Assembly: GCA_905616605.1 (NCBI GenBank)
Contig: CAJQSY010000014.1
Location: forward strand, 10,543 to 74,542
DNA length: 64,000 nucleotides
DNA from: an uncultured Candidatus Pelagibacter sp.
GTDB taxonomy: Bacteria; Pseudomonadota; Alphaproteobacteria; Pelagibacterales; Pelagibacteraceae
Direction of reading: 5' to 3'
The notes under the pieces are model-generated. The model saw only the letters and a list, made by a program, of their open reading frames with translations. It ran no database searches and was not told the origin of the DNA. Positions 19,977 through 30,026 of this stretch are shown piece by piece; position 1 is the first letter of the stretch; every line of letters starts with the position of its first letter. The translations under genes and the position numbers were made by a program.

Positions 19977-21323
19977 CTAGTTCTTTTGATTTTTTTGGTA
20001 ATTAGTAATACCGGTTCTTAACTTTTCAATAATTTCATCAATGTGTTTTTCTTCACAGATGAATTGAGGAGCTATAATTAAACAATCTCCTGTAGCTTTA
20101 AAGTTAACACCAGCTTCATAACATGCTTTAAAACATTCAAACCCAGCTTTACCTGGTTTAGTGTTTAGCTTCATGTCTATTCCACCCATCATTCCATATC
20201 CTCTAATATTATCTACAGACTCTAGATCTTGAAGAGAAAACAATCCTTTTTGGAAATAAGGAGCTAAATTTTTTGCTCTATTAAAAATATCATCTTTTTC
20301 AAAAATATCCTGTACTGCTAATGCTGCAGCAACTGCAACTGGAATTCCTGAATAAGTATATCCATGAAATAATTCAACTGCACCTGTTGGTGAAGCATCC
20401 ATTACGGCATCATAAATAAAATCATTACAAGCAACAACACCCATTGGTACAACACCATTTGTTGTAGCTTTTGCCATTGTCATAATATCTGGTATTACTC
20501 CAAATTCATCTGCACCAAATTTAGAACCCGTTCTACCCCAACCTGTAATTACTTCATCAAAAATTAAAAGTATTCCATGCTTGTCACAGATTTGTCTTAG
20601 TTTTTGTAAATATCCTTTAGGTGGAACTAATGTTCCAGTTGATCCAGCTATTGGCTCAACAATACAAGCAGCAATATTTTCACCACCAAAGTTTGCACAA
20701 ATTGTCTCTAGATCGTTTGCTAAATAATCTCCAGTCTCTGGTTGACCGCTAACAAATTTATGTTCTGGTAAATGAGTATGTCTGATGTGCTGAACACCTG
20801 GCATTAGAACACTTGCGAATGTTTTAATATTGTTCACCATTCCACCAACTGAAATACAACCAATGTTCATTCCATGGTAACCACGTTCACGTCCAACAAA
20901 TCTAAATCTTTCTGCATGACCTTTGGCTCTATGGTAAGCAACAGCAATTTTAATCGCTGTCTCTACAGCAGTAGATCCACAAATTGTAAAAAACATTTTG
21001 TTTAAATCACCAGGTGTGTGTTTTGAAATTCTTGTAGCTAATTCAAAAGAACCACCGAAACCTTGTTGAAACGGTTGTGCGTAATCTAATGTTTCTAATT
21101 GTTTAGTAACAGCTTCTGTAATTTCTCTTCTTCCATGACCTAGTGGATTACAAAATAAACCTGAGCTCGCATCTATTTGTGTTTTTCCATGGTGAGTTTT
21201 TAAGTAAACACCTTTTGCTTCTGTAATTAATCTGGGGTTCGCTTTAAAATCTTTATTAGATGTAAAAGGCATCCAATGTTCGTTTAGTGAATTAGGTACT
21301 GCAGTTCTATTTTCTGAGCTCAT
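19977..21323 (-). CDS. Class III omega-amino acid:pyruvate aminotransferase (BauA-like; taurine/beta-alanine candidate)
   Basis: HWMPFT, GRERGYHG, EPIAGSTG, FDEVITGWGR, TMAK and ELFHGYTYSG motifs; co-oriented with ald and divergent from tauABC. Confidence 0.85.
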   Translation of the reverse strand: MSSENRTAVPNSLNEHWMPFTSNKDFKANPRLITEAKGVYLKTHHGKTQIDASSGLFCNPLGHGRREITEAVTKQLETLDYAQPFQQGFGGSFELATRISKHTPGDLNKMFFTICGSTAVETAIKIAVAYHRAKGHAERFRFVGRERGYHGMNIGCISVGGMVNNIKTFASVLMPGVQHIRHTHLPEHKFVSGQPETGDYLANDLETICANFGGENIAACIVEPIAGSTGTLVPPKGYLQKLRQICDKHGILLIFDEVITGWGRTGSKFGADEFGVIPDIMTMAKATTNGVVPMGVVACNDFIYDAVMDASPTGAVELFHGYTYSGIPVAVAAALAVQDIFEKDDIFNRAKNLAPYFQKGLFSLQDLESVDNIRGYGMMGGIDMKLNTKPGKAGFECFKACYEAGVNFKATGDCLIIAPQFICEEKHIDEIIEKLRTGITNYQKNQKN

Positions 21324-21535
21324 ATTTTTTTTCTCTCTATAAATAAATAATTTAAAGCAAAACTATTAGACTAAATTTATTGGTTTTCTACAATTATTTT
21401 TACACTTAACGTCCATAAATACCGTGACTTTAAATATTACAACCTAGAAGTGTACAGTTCTTTTTTGTTTTACATCTATCTTAAATTCGATTTTAATGGC
21501 GCTAATTTAATTAAATTAACAATAGAGGGATAATA

Positions 21536-22522
21536 ATGAAAAAAATAGTAAGTTTTATTCTTGGAAGTATCCTTGCTCTTAACTTATCTGTATCAGTTGC
21601 AAATGCGGCTGCTAAAGAAGTTAGAATTGCATTCTTTTTAGAATGGGCAAGTCCAAACCAAGAAGATAAAGTAAAAGGTACATTCGCAAAAGCTTTCGGT
21701 GTTCCTGTTAAATGGACAAACTTTGCAACTGGTGGTGAAATGACTGAAGCTATGATGTCAGGAGATATTGATATCTCTTACTCACAAGGTCTTACTCCAT
21801 TTGTAAATGCTGCAAACAGTAAAAAACCAATCACTTTAGTTGACGTTTCAATTCTTTACGGAATGAAAGGTACAACTTGTGTGGTTGCCGACTCTGCAGG
21901 AATTACAAAAGCAAACGCATCTTCATTAGAAGGTCAAAAAGTTGCAGTTGCTTTAGGAACTATGGCTGATTACGTATTCAGAGAAACTATGAAAGTTGTT
22001 GGAGCTGATGCTTCTAAAATGACTATCGTTGACATGGTACCTGAAGATTCAGCAGTGGCTTTAGCTAACGGTGATGTTGTTATGTCATGTTTGTTTGGTA
22101 AAAAATCAATCGCAACAGCCCTTAAATCAGGTAAATTAATGTTATCTGTTAAAGAAGCTTCTGATAATGGTATCGCTGGTATCGATATTACTTCAGTGAC
22201 TAATAAATTTATGAAAGAAAACCCAGGTATGGTTAGAACTTTCTTAGAAATTACTCACGAAGCTAATGCTAGATACAAAGCTGGTAAATCAGACATGGGT
22301 GTTATCTCTAAAGATGCAACTATGGATGTTAAATCTACATCAGATCAAATGGCTAGCTTTGGTTTCCCATCTGTTGATGAACAAATGAACAACTACTTTG
22401 CTGATAATGGAATACTTATGAAGTATTTAGCAATTATGGGTGAAATGTTTGCTACGTCTGAGAATCCTATGCTTAAGGATTACTCAAAAGTAGTTAACAC
22501 TAGTTTCCTACCAGGAAATTAG
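21536..22522 (+). CDS. tauA: Taurine/sulfonate ABC substrate-binding protein
   Basis: Signal peptide; FFLEW...; VKW.NF.TG..M..AM.SGDIDI.YSQG..PF typical of TauA-like proteins. Confidence 0.8.
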   Translation: MKKIVSFILGSILALNLSVSVANAAAKEVRIAFFLEWASPNQEDKVKGTFAKAFGVPVKWTNFATGGEMTEAMMSGDIDISYSQGLTPFVNAANSKKPITLVDVSILYGMKGTTCVVADSAGITKANASSLEGQKVAVALGTMADYVFRETMKVVGADASKMTIVDMVPEDSAVALANGDVVMSCLFGKKSIATALKSGKLMLSVKEASDNGIAGIDITSVTNKFMKENPGMVRTFLEITHEANARYKAGKSDMGVISKDATMDVKSTSDQMASFGFPSVDEQMNNYFADNGILMKYLAIMGEMFATSENPMLKDYSKVVNTSFLPGN

Positions 22523-22535
22523 TAGTTAAAAAATT

Positions 22536-22571
22536 AAGGCGCTAATTTTTATAGATTAGTGCCTTTTTTTT
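22536..22571 (+). terminator. Terminator/stabilising hairpin after tauA
   Basis: AAGGCGCTAAT-ttttatag-ATTAGTGCCTT followed by a T-run. Confidence 0.8.
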
Positions 22572-22599
22572 AATAAAAATTCTTATATAAAATTCATTT

Positions 22600-23397
22600 A
22601 TGAGTGAGCTAATTTCTCAAAATTTAAATATGATCTTTACTTCTCCTAAGGGAGATACTGTTCATGCACTTAAAGATGTAAACTTTACTCTTAAAAAAGG
22701 AGAACTATTAACAGTTCTGGGGCCTTCTGGTTGTGGAAAGACAACTTTATTAAATATTACAGCCGGATTTCTTAGACCCACTTCAGGAATAATTAGCCTT
22801 GGTGGTAATGAAATTAATGGACCTGGTGTTGAAAGAGGTATGGTTTTTCAACAAGGTGCTTTGTTCGAATGGTTAACCGTTGCTGAGAATGTCAACTTTG
22901 GTCTACGAATGAAAAAAGAAGATCCAATTAAAACTGCAAAAAAAGTTGAAGAATGGTTAGACATAGTTGGCTTGCAAGGTTTTGGGAATACTCCTACTTA
23001 TCAATTATCAGGTGGTATGCAGCAAAGAGTTGCTCTTGCCAGATGTTTAATTAATGATCCAGATTTAATTTTAATGGATGAGCCTTTGGGTGCTCTAGAT
23101 GCACTAACAAGAGAAAAGATGCAGTCTTTAGTTTTAAAAATTTGGAAAGAGACGGGCAAAACAATTATTCTAATTACTCACTCTGTTGAAGAAGCACTCC
23201 TATTAGGTGAGAGAGTTTATGTTATGGCACCAAGACCAGGCCGAATACATAAAGAGTATAAGCTTCCCTTCGCAACAATGGGTTTAAATAAAGATTTAAG
23301 AGAAATTAAAAATGACAAAGAGTTTGTTAGTAAAAGAGAAGAAATTCTTACTATGATATGGGATATGGAAGAAGAAATTATGGGTAAAGATATTTAG
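22600..23397 (+). CDS. tauB: Taurine/sulfonate ABC ATP-binding protein
   Basis: GPSGCGKTT, ERGMVFQ, LSGGMQQRV, MDEPLGALD and ITHSVEEA motifs. Confidence 0.85.
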   Translation: MSELISQNLNMIFTSPKGDTVHALKDVNFTLKKGELLTVLGPSGCGKTTLLNITAGFLRPTSGIISLGGNEINGPGVERGMVFQQGALFEWLTVAENVNFGLRMKKEDPIKTAKKVEEWLDIVGLQGFGNTPTYQLSGGMQQRVALARCLINDPDLILMDEPLGALDALTREKMQSLVLKIWKETGKTIILITHSVEEALLLGERVYVMAPRPGRIHKEYKLPFATMGLNKDLREIKNDKEFVSKREEILTMIWDMEEEIMGKDI

Positions 23398-23398
23398 T

Positions 23399-25294
23399 AT
23401 GGCTATAGGTTTTTTAACGATTGGAATTATTGTGGCTGTAATTGGAGCTATTTTATATGGAAGAAGATTAGTTAAAACTGAAAAGACTGATGCTGTATTT
23501 GGCAATCCAGAAAGAGCAAAAGGAGGAGCACACTGGGTTGTGGTTGGTGCTAGTTTTCTTATTTTTTCTTGGCTCTATTATTCATGGGATATTGCTAAAG
23601 CTTTTTATCCAAAATCTGCAAATGAACTTTGCCAAGTAGGAAAAGTTACAGACTCGTTAATGTCTTTAAAATATCTTTTTCCAATTGATGAACGTCAACA
23701 CAAAAGTACTGACATTATTGATCGTGAGAATAAAAATATAACTAAATACATTATTGAAATAAAAAATCATCCAAAGTTAAATAGTCAGGATAAAATAATA
23801 CTATTAAAATTTGTTGAGAGAGCTGGACTTACAATTCCATACCTAACCAATGAAAAATATTTAGAATTTGAAACTAAAGATAAGATAAAAAATTTAACTA
23901 ATAGAATTACTCATTTAACTGAAAAATTTCAAAAAGCTGACTACCCTCCAATAAAAAGTATTGAAGAAGAAAACAAGAGATTAGAAGCTTTAAAAAAACA
24001 AAAAGGATGGGGCTTTACTGGTGAAGAGGTTCCAACTTTAGCTGAAACAGCTTCTGGATTAAAATTTGAAGCTGCTGCAAAAACTTTAAATGAAATAAGT
24101 GATGAATTCTTTGCACTGAGAAATCATAACCCCGAATATAAAAAAGCAATAACAAAACTAAGAGATGATATCAAAACATATAGAAAAGGATTATCAGAGG
24201 AAAAAGAGGTTGAAACACAGTTAGCAAAAGAAATAGATAAACTTGCTAGAAGAATTCAATTTGCTAGTATTTTTCCTCCTAAAGCACTAGATAATATAGA
24301 GCAATCTATTATAGACTTTGATGTTGTTCAAAGAGAAGCTCAAGGGAATTTAATATTTATTGATGCAGTATTCTTTCCTGGTGGAACAATCCTTTCTAGT
24401 GGCCCCACTTGTTCAGAAGATGGTCCTGGAAGATGGTTACCCAAACCTTCAGATACCTTTAGAATTTTTAAAGATCTCTTAAGACCAAGTGTAGGATTTA
24501 AATATGTTCCTTTAATTTGGTATGAAATGATGGATGTTAGTAAAATAGTTGGTTTCATGCTTCCAGATTGGATTGCAGATGCCGTACCAGGTAAATACCC
24601 AGTTCACAATCAAGATGGAACAGTTACTCCAAATTTTAAAAGTAAAGTTTTAAACATTGTGACTGGTGAATTTAAACTTTTCAAAATACCTATCCCTTAT
24701 GGTCATATATGGGATTCTTTTTTAAGAGTATTTATGGGTTTAACTATAGGAATTTTACTTGGGGTACCGCTAGGCTTATTTATGGGTTTAAATAGATTTG
24801 CAAAAGGATTCTTCGATCCAATAGTTGAACTATATAGACCTGTTCCACCATTAGCTTGGGCACCACTTGTTATTACAGTATTTGGAATTGATAATGTTGG
24901 AAAAGTTTTCTTATTATTTATGGTTTCTTTTTCAATTATGATCATCTCAGCTAGAGCTGGTGCATCAGGAACTCAATTATCTAAAATTCATGCTTCTCAC
25001 TCCTTGGGAGCATCAAGATGGCAAATATTAAGACATGTTATATTCCCAAATTCTTTACCAGAAATTTTAACTGGTATTAGAGTTGCTGTTGGGATGTGTT
25101 GGGGAACATTAGTTGCTGCAGAATTTTTAGCTGGAACTACGGGTATTGGTTTTGTTGAAAACGTTGCAAGAAAATATATGCAGTATGAAGTTATCTGGAT
25201 AACAATATTTGTTATGGGTATGTTAGGTCTTTTATTTGATGTGACTATTAGAAAGATAATAGACAAAACTATTCCTTGGCGTGGAAAAGGTTAA
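23399..25294 (+). CDS. tauC: Taurine/sulfonate ABC permease with ~430-aa N-terminal extension
   Basis: C-terminal SLRV..G...G.PLG, RPVPPLAW and EAA-like SLGASRWQ motifs; long soluble insert after two N-terminal TM helices. Confidence 0.8.
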   Translation: MAIGFLTIGIIVAVIGAILYGRRLVKTEKTDAVFGNPERAKGGAHWVVVGASFLIFSWLYYSWDIAKAFYPKSANELCQVGKVTDSLMSLKYLFPIDERQHKSTDIIDRENKNITKYIIEIKNHPKLNSQDKIILLKFVERAGLTIPYLTNEKYLEFETKDKIKNLTNRITHLTEKFQKADYPPIKSIEEENKRLEALKKQKGWGFTGEEVPTLAETASGLKFEAAAKTLNEISDEFFALRNHNPEYKKAITKLRDDIKTYRKGLSEEKEVETQLAKEIDKLARRIQFASIFPPKALDNIEQSIIDFDVVQREAQGNLIFIDAVFFPGGTILSSGPTCSEDGPGRWLPKPSDTFRIFKDLLRPSVGFKYVPLIWYEMMDVSKIVGFMLPDWIADAVPGKYPVHNQDGTVTPNFKSKVLNIVTGEFKLFKIPIPYGHIWDSFLRVFMGLTIGILLGVPLGLFMGLNRFAKGFFDPIVELYRPVPPLAWAPLVITVFGIDNVGKVFLLFMVSFSIMIISARAGASGTQLSKIHASHSLGASRWQILRHVIFPNSLPEILTGIRVAVGMCWGTLVAAEFLAGTTGIGFVENVARKYMQYEVIWITIFVMGMLGLLFDVTIRKIIDKTIPWRGKG

Positions 25295-26303
25295 GGTGAA
25301 ACAAAATATTTTAAAAAAAGAAATCATACAAATATTCAAAAAGTATAAATTAAGTAAAGAGCATGCTTTAATTTGTGCAGAAGCTTTGATAAATGCAGAA
25401 TTGGTTGGGGCTCCTTCTCACGGTTTATCTAGGCTAAAAATGTATTGTGACCGAATATCTAAAAAATTAATTAATCCCAAACCTAAGATAAAAATTAAGA
25501 AAATTTCTCAATCAATTGCTCATGTAGATGCGAATAATAGTATTGGCTTTGTTGCAGCAGATATTGCTATCAAAACCGCTATAAGTAATGCCAAAAAAAC
25601 TGGGATTGGTTTAGTTGCAGTTAAAAATAGCGGACATTATGGTTTGTCTGGCTATTACGCTGAGCAGGCTGTTAAAAAAAACTTAATGGTTTTGGTGTTT
25701 ACTAATGCACCGCCAGCAGTTGCGCCTCATGGAGCATTAAAAAGTTTATTTGGAACAAACCCTATTTGTTTTGGAACTCCAACGGGATCTAAGGTTCCTT
25801 TTATTTTGGATACTTCAATATCTATGATTAATAGAGGAAAAATTAGGGTTGCAGCAAGAGAAGGTGGAAAAATTCCTGAAGGTGTTGCGCTAGATAAATT
25901 TGGTAAACCAACAACAGACCCTAAAAAAGCATTAGAAGGTGTTCAGCTACCTATTGCTGGATTTAGAGGTTCTGGATTAGCTTGGATGGTTGATATTTTA
26001 AGTGGTGTTTTAACGGGTGGTAATCATGCCGGTAGAGTTAAAGATCCATTTACTGATTTTAGTGGTCCACAAAATATTGGTCATTTATTTTTTGTAATGA
26101 GGCCCAATTTGTTTGTAGGTAATTCTTTTAATAAAAGAATAAAAGAGAATATTAAAACAATAAAAAAACTACCTAAAATTAAAGGTGTTAAAGAAATTCT
26201 TTATCCAGGGCAAAGTAAATACAATAGATATAAGGATAATCTTAAAAAAGAGATTAAAATCTCAAAGAATATATTAGAAGATTTAAATAGTTTAATAAAA
26301 TAA
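25281..26303 (+). CDS. Ldh_2 family oxidoreductase (malate/L-sulfolactate dehydrogenase, ComC-like)
   Basis: SHGLSRL..Y, DANNSIG, SGHYG, FGTNPI and G.GLA.MVDILSG motifs. Confidence 0.85.
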   Translation: MEKVKVKQNILKKEIIQIFKKYKLSKEHALICAEALINAELVGAPSHGLSRLKMYCDRISKKLINPKPKIKIKKISQSIAHVDANNSIGFVAADIAIKTAISNAKKTGIGLVAVKNSGHYGLSGYYAEQAVKKNLMVLVFTNAPPAVAPHGALKSLFGTNPICFGTPTGSKVPFILDTSISMINRGKIRVAAREGGKIPEGVALDKFGKPTTDPKKALEGVQLPIAGFRGSGLAWMVDILSGVLTGGNHAGRVKDPFTDFSGPQNIGHLFFVMRPNLFVGNSFNKRIKENIKTIKKLPKIKGVKEILYPGQSKYNRYKDNLKKEIKISKNILEDLNSLIK

Positions 26304-26326
26304 AACTACTATAGTAAGTTTCTAAT

Positions 26327-26572
26327 ATGCGTCCAGTATTTAAAATTATTATAGTATACGAAGTTATTTTTTTTATTTTCTGGAATTTTCTTTATTATTC
26401 TAATCCAGGTGTTGAGAGTTGGTTTAAACTAGAAAATCTGACAGCGATATATACCGTTCTATCAACTATGGCTTTAGGATTTATTTTTGTGTATGTGGTT
26501 TTTATCACCATGAAAATAACAGGTGTGCTTAGTAAGGTTAAAACTTTAAAAGATCCAAGAAAAAACTTTTAG
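26327..26572 (+). CDS. Small hypothetical membrane protein (2 TM)
   Basis: 81-aa ORF filling the gap, two hydrophobic stretches. Confidence 0.6.
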   Translation: MRPVFKIIIVYEVIFFIFWNFLYYSNPGVESWFKLENLTAIYTVLSTMALGFIFVYVVFITMKITGVLSKVKTLKDPRKNF

Positions 26573-27715
26573 TTAACGAATAGTTCTAGCAAATTTTACA
26601 ATGTCTTTAACAAGTAATTCTGGCTGTTCCATTGCAGCAAAATGTCCACCACTTGGCATTTCTGTCCATTGGGTGATATTAAAAATTCTATCTACATAAG
26701 AACGAGGTGGCCATTCAGACATTTCAGCTGGGAAAATTGCAGCTGCAGTTGGAATTTCTATCTTATGGAAATCTTTTGGAAAAAAACGTCCCCCCTCTTC
26801 TCTTCTTCCATAATAAATCCAAGAAGCTGTATTAAAAGTTTTTGTAACGATATAAACCATAATATTTGCCAACAAAGTATCTTTAGAATAAACACTTTCA
26901 ATATTATTATCTTTTAAATCTGACCAAGAATACATTTTTTCAATAATCCAAGCTGCAACACCAACAGGACTGTCCATCATTCCATAGCTTAATGTTTGTG
27001 GTTTTGTTGCTTGTTGAGTTCTATAGCCATCTTGCATAACTTGATCTTTATCAAATCTTTTTTGCCACTCTTCTTCTTCTTTAGTTTTAGTGCCTTCTGA
27101 GTGACGCATAGTTAAACAATTAATATGAATTGCTTTACAATTTTTAGAATGATCGTAGCCTATCCAATTAGCGATAGTTGCTCCCCAATCTCCACCTTGT
27201 GCCAAATAATTTTTATATTCAAGATTTTCTGTCATTAGTTTATTTAAAATAGCTGCCATTTTTCTGGGACCTATTGGTTTAGATGGTCTTCCCGAAAACC
27301 CAAATCCCGGTAAAGATGGTGCTATAACATCAAATGCATCCTCTACATTTCCACCAAATTTTTCAGGGTGTGCAAGTTTTTCAATTATATGTAAAAATTC
27401 TACAACTGATCCAGGCCATCCATGCATAAGTAGTAATGGAGTTGGGTTAGAACCACTACCTTTTTCACGAATAAAGTGCATTTCAATGTCATCTACAATA
27501 GTTGTAAAATTTGAAAAACTATTTATTTCTGCTTCGTGTTTTCTCCAGTCAAAATCATTCACCCAATAACTTGAGATCTCCTTCATATAATCAAGGTTAC
27601 TTCCGTATTTCCAACCACCATCATCTGGCATTTCGTGCCATGGATAATTTTTCACCTTAGTATAAATTTCTTGAAGTGCTTTATCGGGAATATTTAGTTT
27701 AAAAGGCTTAATCAT
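26573..27715 (-). CDS. Epoxide hydrolase (EHN + alpha/beta hydrolase)
   Basis: HGWPGS, PSLPGFGFS, QGGDWG and GGHFAA.EQP motifs. Confidence 0.9.
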   Translation of the reverse strand: MIKPFKLNIPDKALQEIYTKVKNYPWHEMPDDGGWKYGSNLDYMKEISSYWVNDFDWRKHEAEINSFSNFTTIVDDIEMHFIREKGSGSNPTPLLLMHGWPGSVVEFLHIIEKLAHPEKFGGNVEDAFDVIAPSLPGFGFSGRPSKPIGPRKMAAILNKLMTENLEYKNYLAQGGDWGATIANWIGYDHSKNCKAIHINCLTMRHSEGTKTKEEEEWQKRFDKDQVMQDGYRTQQATKPQTLSYGMMDSPVGVAAWIIEKMYSWSDLKDNNIESVYSKDTLLANIMVYIVTKTFNTASWIYYGRREEGGRFFPKDFHKIEIPTAAAIFPAEMSEWPPRSYVDRIFNITQWTEMPSGGHFAAMEQPELLVKDIVKFARTIR

Positions 27716-27764
27716 TGTTAATTTACAGTATATACTTTCTAATAATTCAGTCTAAATATACCTC

Positions 27765-28676
27765 ATGCTTTCAAATAAAGAAATCGTTTGTCCCAATAAC
27801 TTACTAGATCATGCCCATAAAAAAAAAGGTGTAAATGCAGCTATAGTCAATGCAGGTTTACCCTTACCAATGCTCTCAGTTCAAGATGCTGTAAAAGAAA
27901 ATCTTATTACACCAATTTTTATAGGAGATAAAAAAGAAATCCTAAAATGTGCAGAACAATTAAAGTGGGATATTTCAGCTTATGAAATAATTGACGAACC
28001 TATAGAAAATAACACAGCAGCAATAGCAGCAAAACTTGCAAGTGAAGATAAGGTAAAAATTATTGTCAAAGGTCATATTCATACAGATGTCTTGATGAAA
28101 GAAATTTTAAAAAGAGAATATAATTTACTTGGAAAGACTAGACTTAGCCACATTTGGCACATGACTACTGCAAAGGATGATAAACCACTTATAATTACTG
28201 ATGGTGCTTTAAATGTTTTACCAAATGTTAAAACAAAAATGCATATTTTAAGAAATGTAATTGATTTTTCAAATCGTATAGGAATCGAAAGACCCAAAGT
28301 TGCTGTACTTTCTGCAACAGAGGAAGTTTTAGATAGTGTACCAAGTTCAATTGATGCAAATGAAATTACAAAACTTGCAAAAGAAGATAATTTAAATGCT
28401 GATGTTTTTGGCCCTTTAGCATTTGACAATAGTATTTCAAAAAAATCTGCAGCTATCAAAGGTGTTAAAAACCTTGTTGCTGGCCAAGCAGATGTATTAC
28501 TAGTTCCAAGTGTTGAAACTGGAAATAGCTTAGTTAAAATGATGATATATTTTATGGGTGCTTGTGCAGCTGGTGTTGTGATAGGTGGAAAGGTTCCAAT
28601 CGTAATTACTAGTAGATCTGATGAAGCACCAGCAAGATTGGCATCAATCGCTGCTGCTGTTGTTGCTTTAGATTAA
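27765..28676 (+). CDS. pta: Phosphate acetyl/butyryltransferase
   Basis: KGHIHT, RLSH, ITDGALN..P, GPLAFDN, GN.L.K and TSRSD motifs. Confidence 0.85.
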   Translation: MLSNKEIVCPNNLLDHAHKKKGVNAAIVNAGLPLPMLSVQDAVKENLITPIFIGDKKEILKCAEQLKWDISAYEIIDEPIENNTAAIAAKLASEDKVKIIVKGHIHTDVLMKEILKREYNLLGKTRLSHIWHMTTAKDDKPLIITDGALNVLPNVKTKMHILRNVIDFSNRIGIERPKVAVLSATEEVLDSVPSSIDANEITKLAKEDNLNADVFGPLAFDNSISKKSAAIKGVKNLVAGQADVLLVPSVETGNSLVKMMIYFMGACAAGVVIGGKVPIVITSRSDEAPARLASIAAAVVALD

Positions 28677-28739
28677 TTCTTCATTGAAATAACTTTATTA
28701 TTGCTTTAAATAAAAGCTTGAAATTAATGAGAGAGAATA

Positions 28740-30026
28740 ATGGCTATAATTTATTTAAAAAAATCACCTAAGACATCATCAACAGATGATACAAAAACTA
28801 CAGAAATTGTTAAAGGTTTATTAAAAGATATTGAAGAAAATAAAGAGCAGGCTTGCATAGATCTTACAAAAAAATTTGATAAGTATGATGGTGATATTAT
28901 TGTTTCTAAAGAAAAAATTGAAGAAATTAAAAAAAACTTAGATCAAAAAACTAAAGATGATATTCAGTTTTCTTACGACAGAGTTAGAACATTTGCTGAA
29001 GCACAATTAAAAAATTATGGACAAGATTTTGAAGTTGAGCTTTCTCCAGGTTTGTTTGCAGGTCAAAGATTAATTCCTGTTAATACAGCAGGTTGTTATA
29101 TACCTGGTGGAAGATATGCTCACATAGCCTCGGCTGTTATGAGTGTAACAACTGCAAAAGTTGCAGGTGTAAAAAATGTAATTGCATGTAGCCCTCCCAA
29201 AGAAGGTGTTGGTGCTCATCCAACTATAGTTTATACAGCTGATCTTTGTGGAGCTGACGTAATCTTAAATTTAGGTGGTGTACCTGGTATTGCTTCAATG
29301 ACTAATGGATTATTTAATAACCCTTCTGCTGATATTATAGTTGGTCCTGGAAACCAATTTGTTGCAGAAGCAAAAAGAATTTTATTTGGTAAAGTTGGAA
29401 TTGATTTATTTGCAGGTCCAACAGAAATTGCTGTTATTGCAGATGATAAAGCAGATGCGGAAATGGTTGCTGTTGACCTAGTTGGTCAAGCGGAGCATGG
29501 TTATAATTCTCCTGCTTGGTTGTACACTACGAGTAAAAGAGTTGCCGAGGAAGTAATGAGAAGAGTTCCAGAATTAATTGCTGATTTACCTGAAGTTCCA
29601 AGAACTAGTGCTGAAGCTGCTTGGAGAGATTATGGTGAGGTTATTCTTTGTGATACTGATGAAGAAATGGCAACAATCAGTGATGAGTACGCTCCAGAAC
29701 ACTTGGAAGTTCATACTGAAAACTTAGAATGGTTTCATAAAAGACTAAAAAACTACGGATCACTATTTATTGGTGAGGAAACAACTGTAGCGTATGGAGA
29801 TAAATGTTCAGGAACAAACCATATATTACCTACTAAAGGTGCAGGTCGTTATACTGGTGGTTTATTTGTTGGTAAGTTTATTAAAACATTAAGTTTCCAA
29901 AGAATGACTAAAGAGTCTACAAAAACTGTGGGAGCTGCTTGTGCTAGAATATCAAGATATGAAGGCATGGAAGCTCATGCAAGAACTGCTGATGAGAGAC
30001 TTAGAAAATATGGTTTTTCTAATTAA
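28740..30026 (+). CDS. hpsN: Histidinol dehydrogenase-family enzyme, most likely sulfopropanediol (DHPS) 3-dehydrogenase HpsN
   Basis: HisD fold (GPGN, AGPTE, QAEH, APEHL), but with YIPGGRYAHIASA and YGDKCSGTNH instead of the HisD-type GDY..G.NH. Sulfonate gene context, no his operon. Confidence 0.8.
   Translation: MAIIYLKKSPKTSSTDDTKTTEIVKGLLKDIEENKEQACIDLTKKFDKYDGDIIVSKEKIEEIKKNLDQKTKDDIQFSYDRVRTFAEAQLKNYGQDFEVELSPGLFAGQRLIPVNTAGCYIPGGRYAHIASAVMSVTTAKVAGVKNVIACSPPKEGVGAHPTIVYTADLCGADVILNLGGVPGIASMTNGLFNNPSADIIVGPGNQFVAEAKRILFGKVGIDLFAGPTEIAVIADDKADAEMVAVDLVGQAEHGYNSPAWLYTTSKRVAEEVMRRVPELIADLPEVPRTSAEAAWRDYGEVILCDTDEEMATISDEYAPEHLEVHTENLEWFHKRLKNYGSLFIGEETTVAYGDKCSGTNHILPTKGAGRYTGGLFVGKFIKTLSFQRMTKESTKTVGAACARISRYEGMEAHARTADERLRKYGFSN

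Noticed and set aside
28740-30026. Annotation as biosynthetic hisD
   Set aside because: The GDK..GTNH and GGRYAHIASA variants and the sulfonate context favour HpsN.
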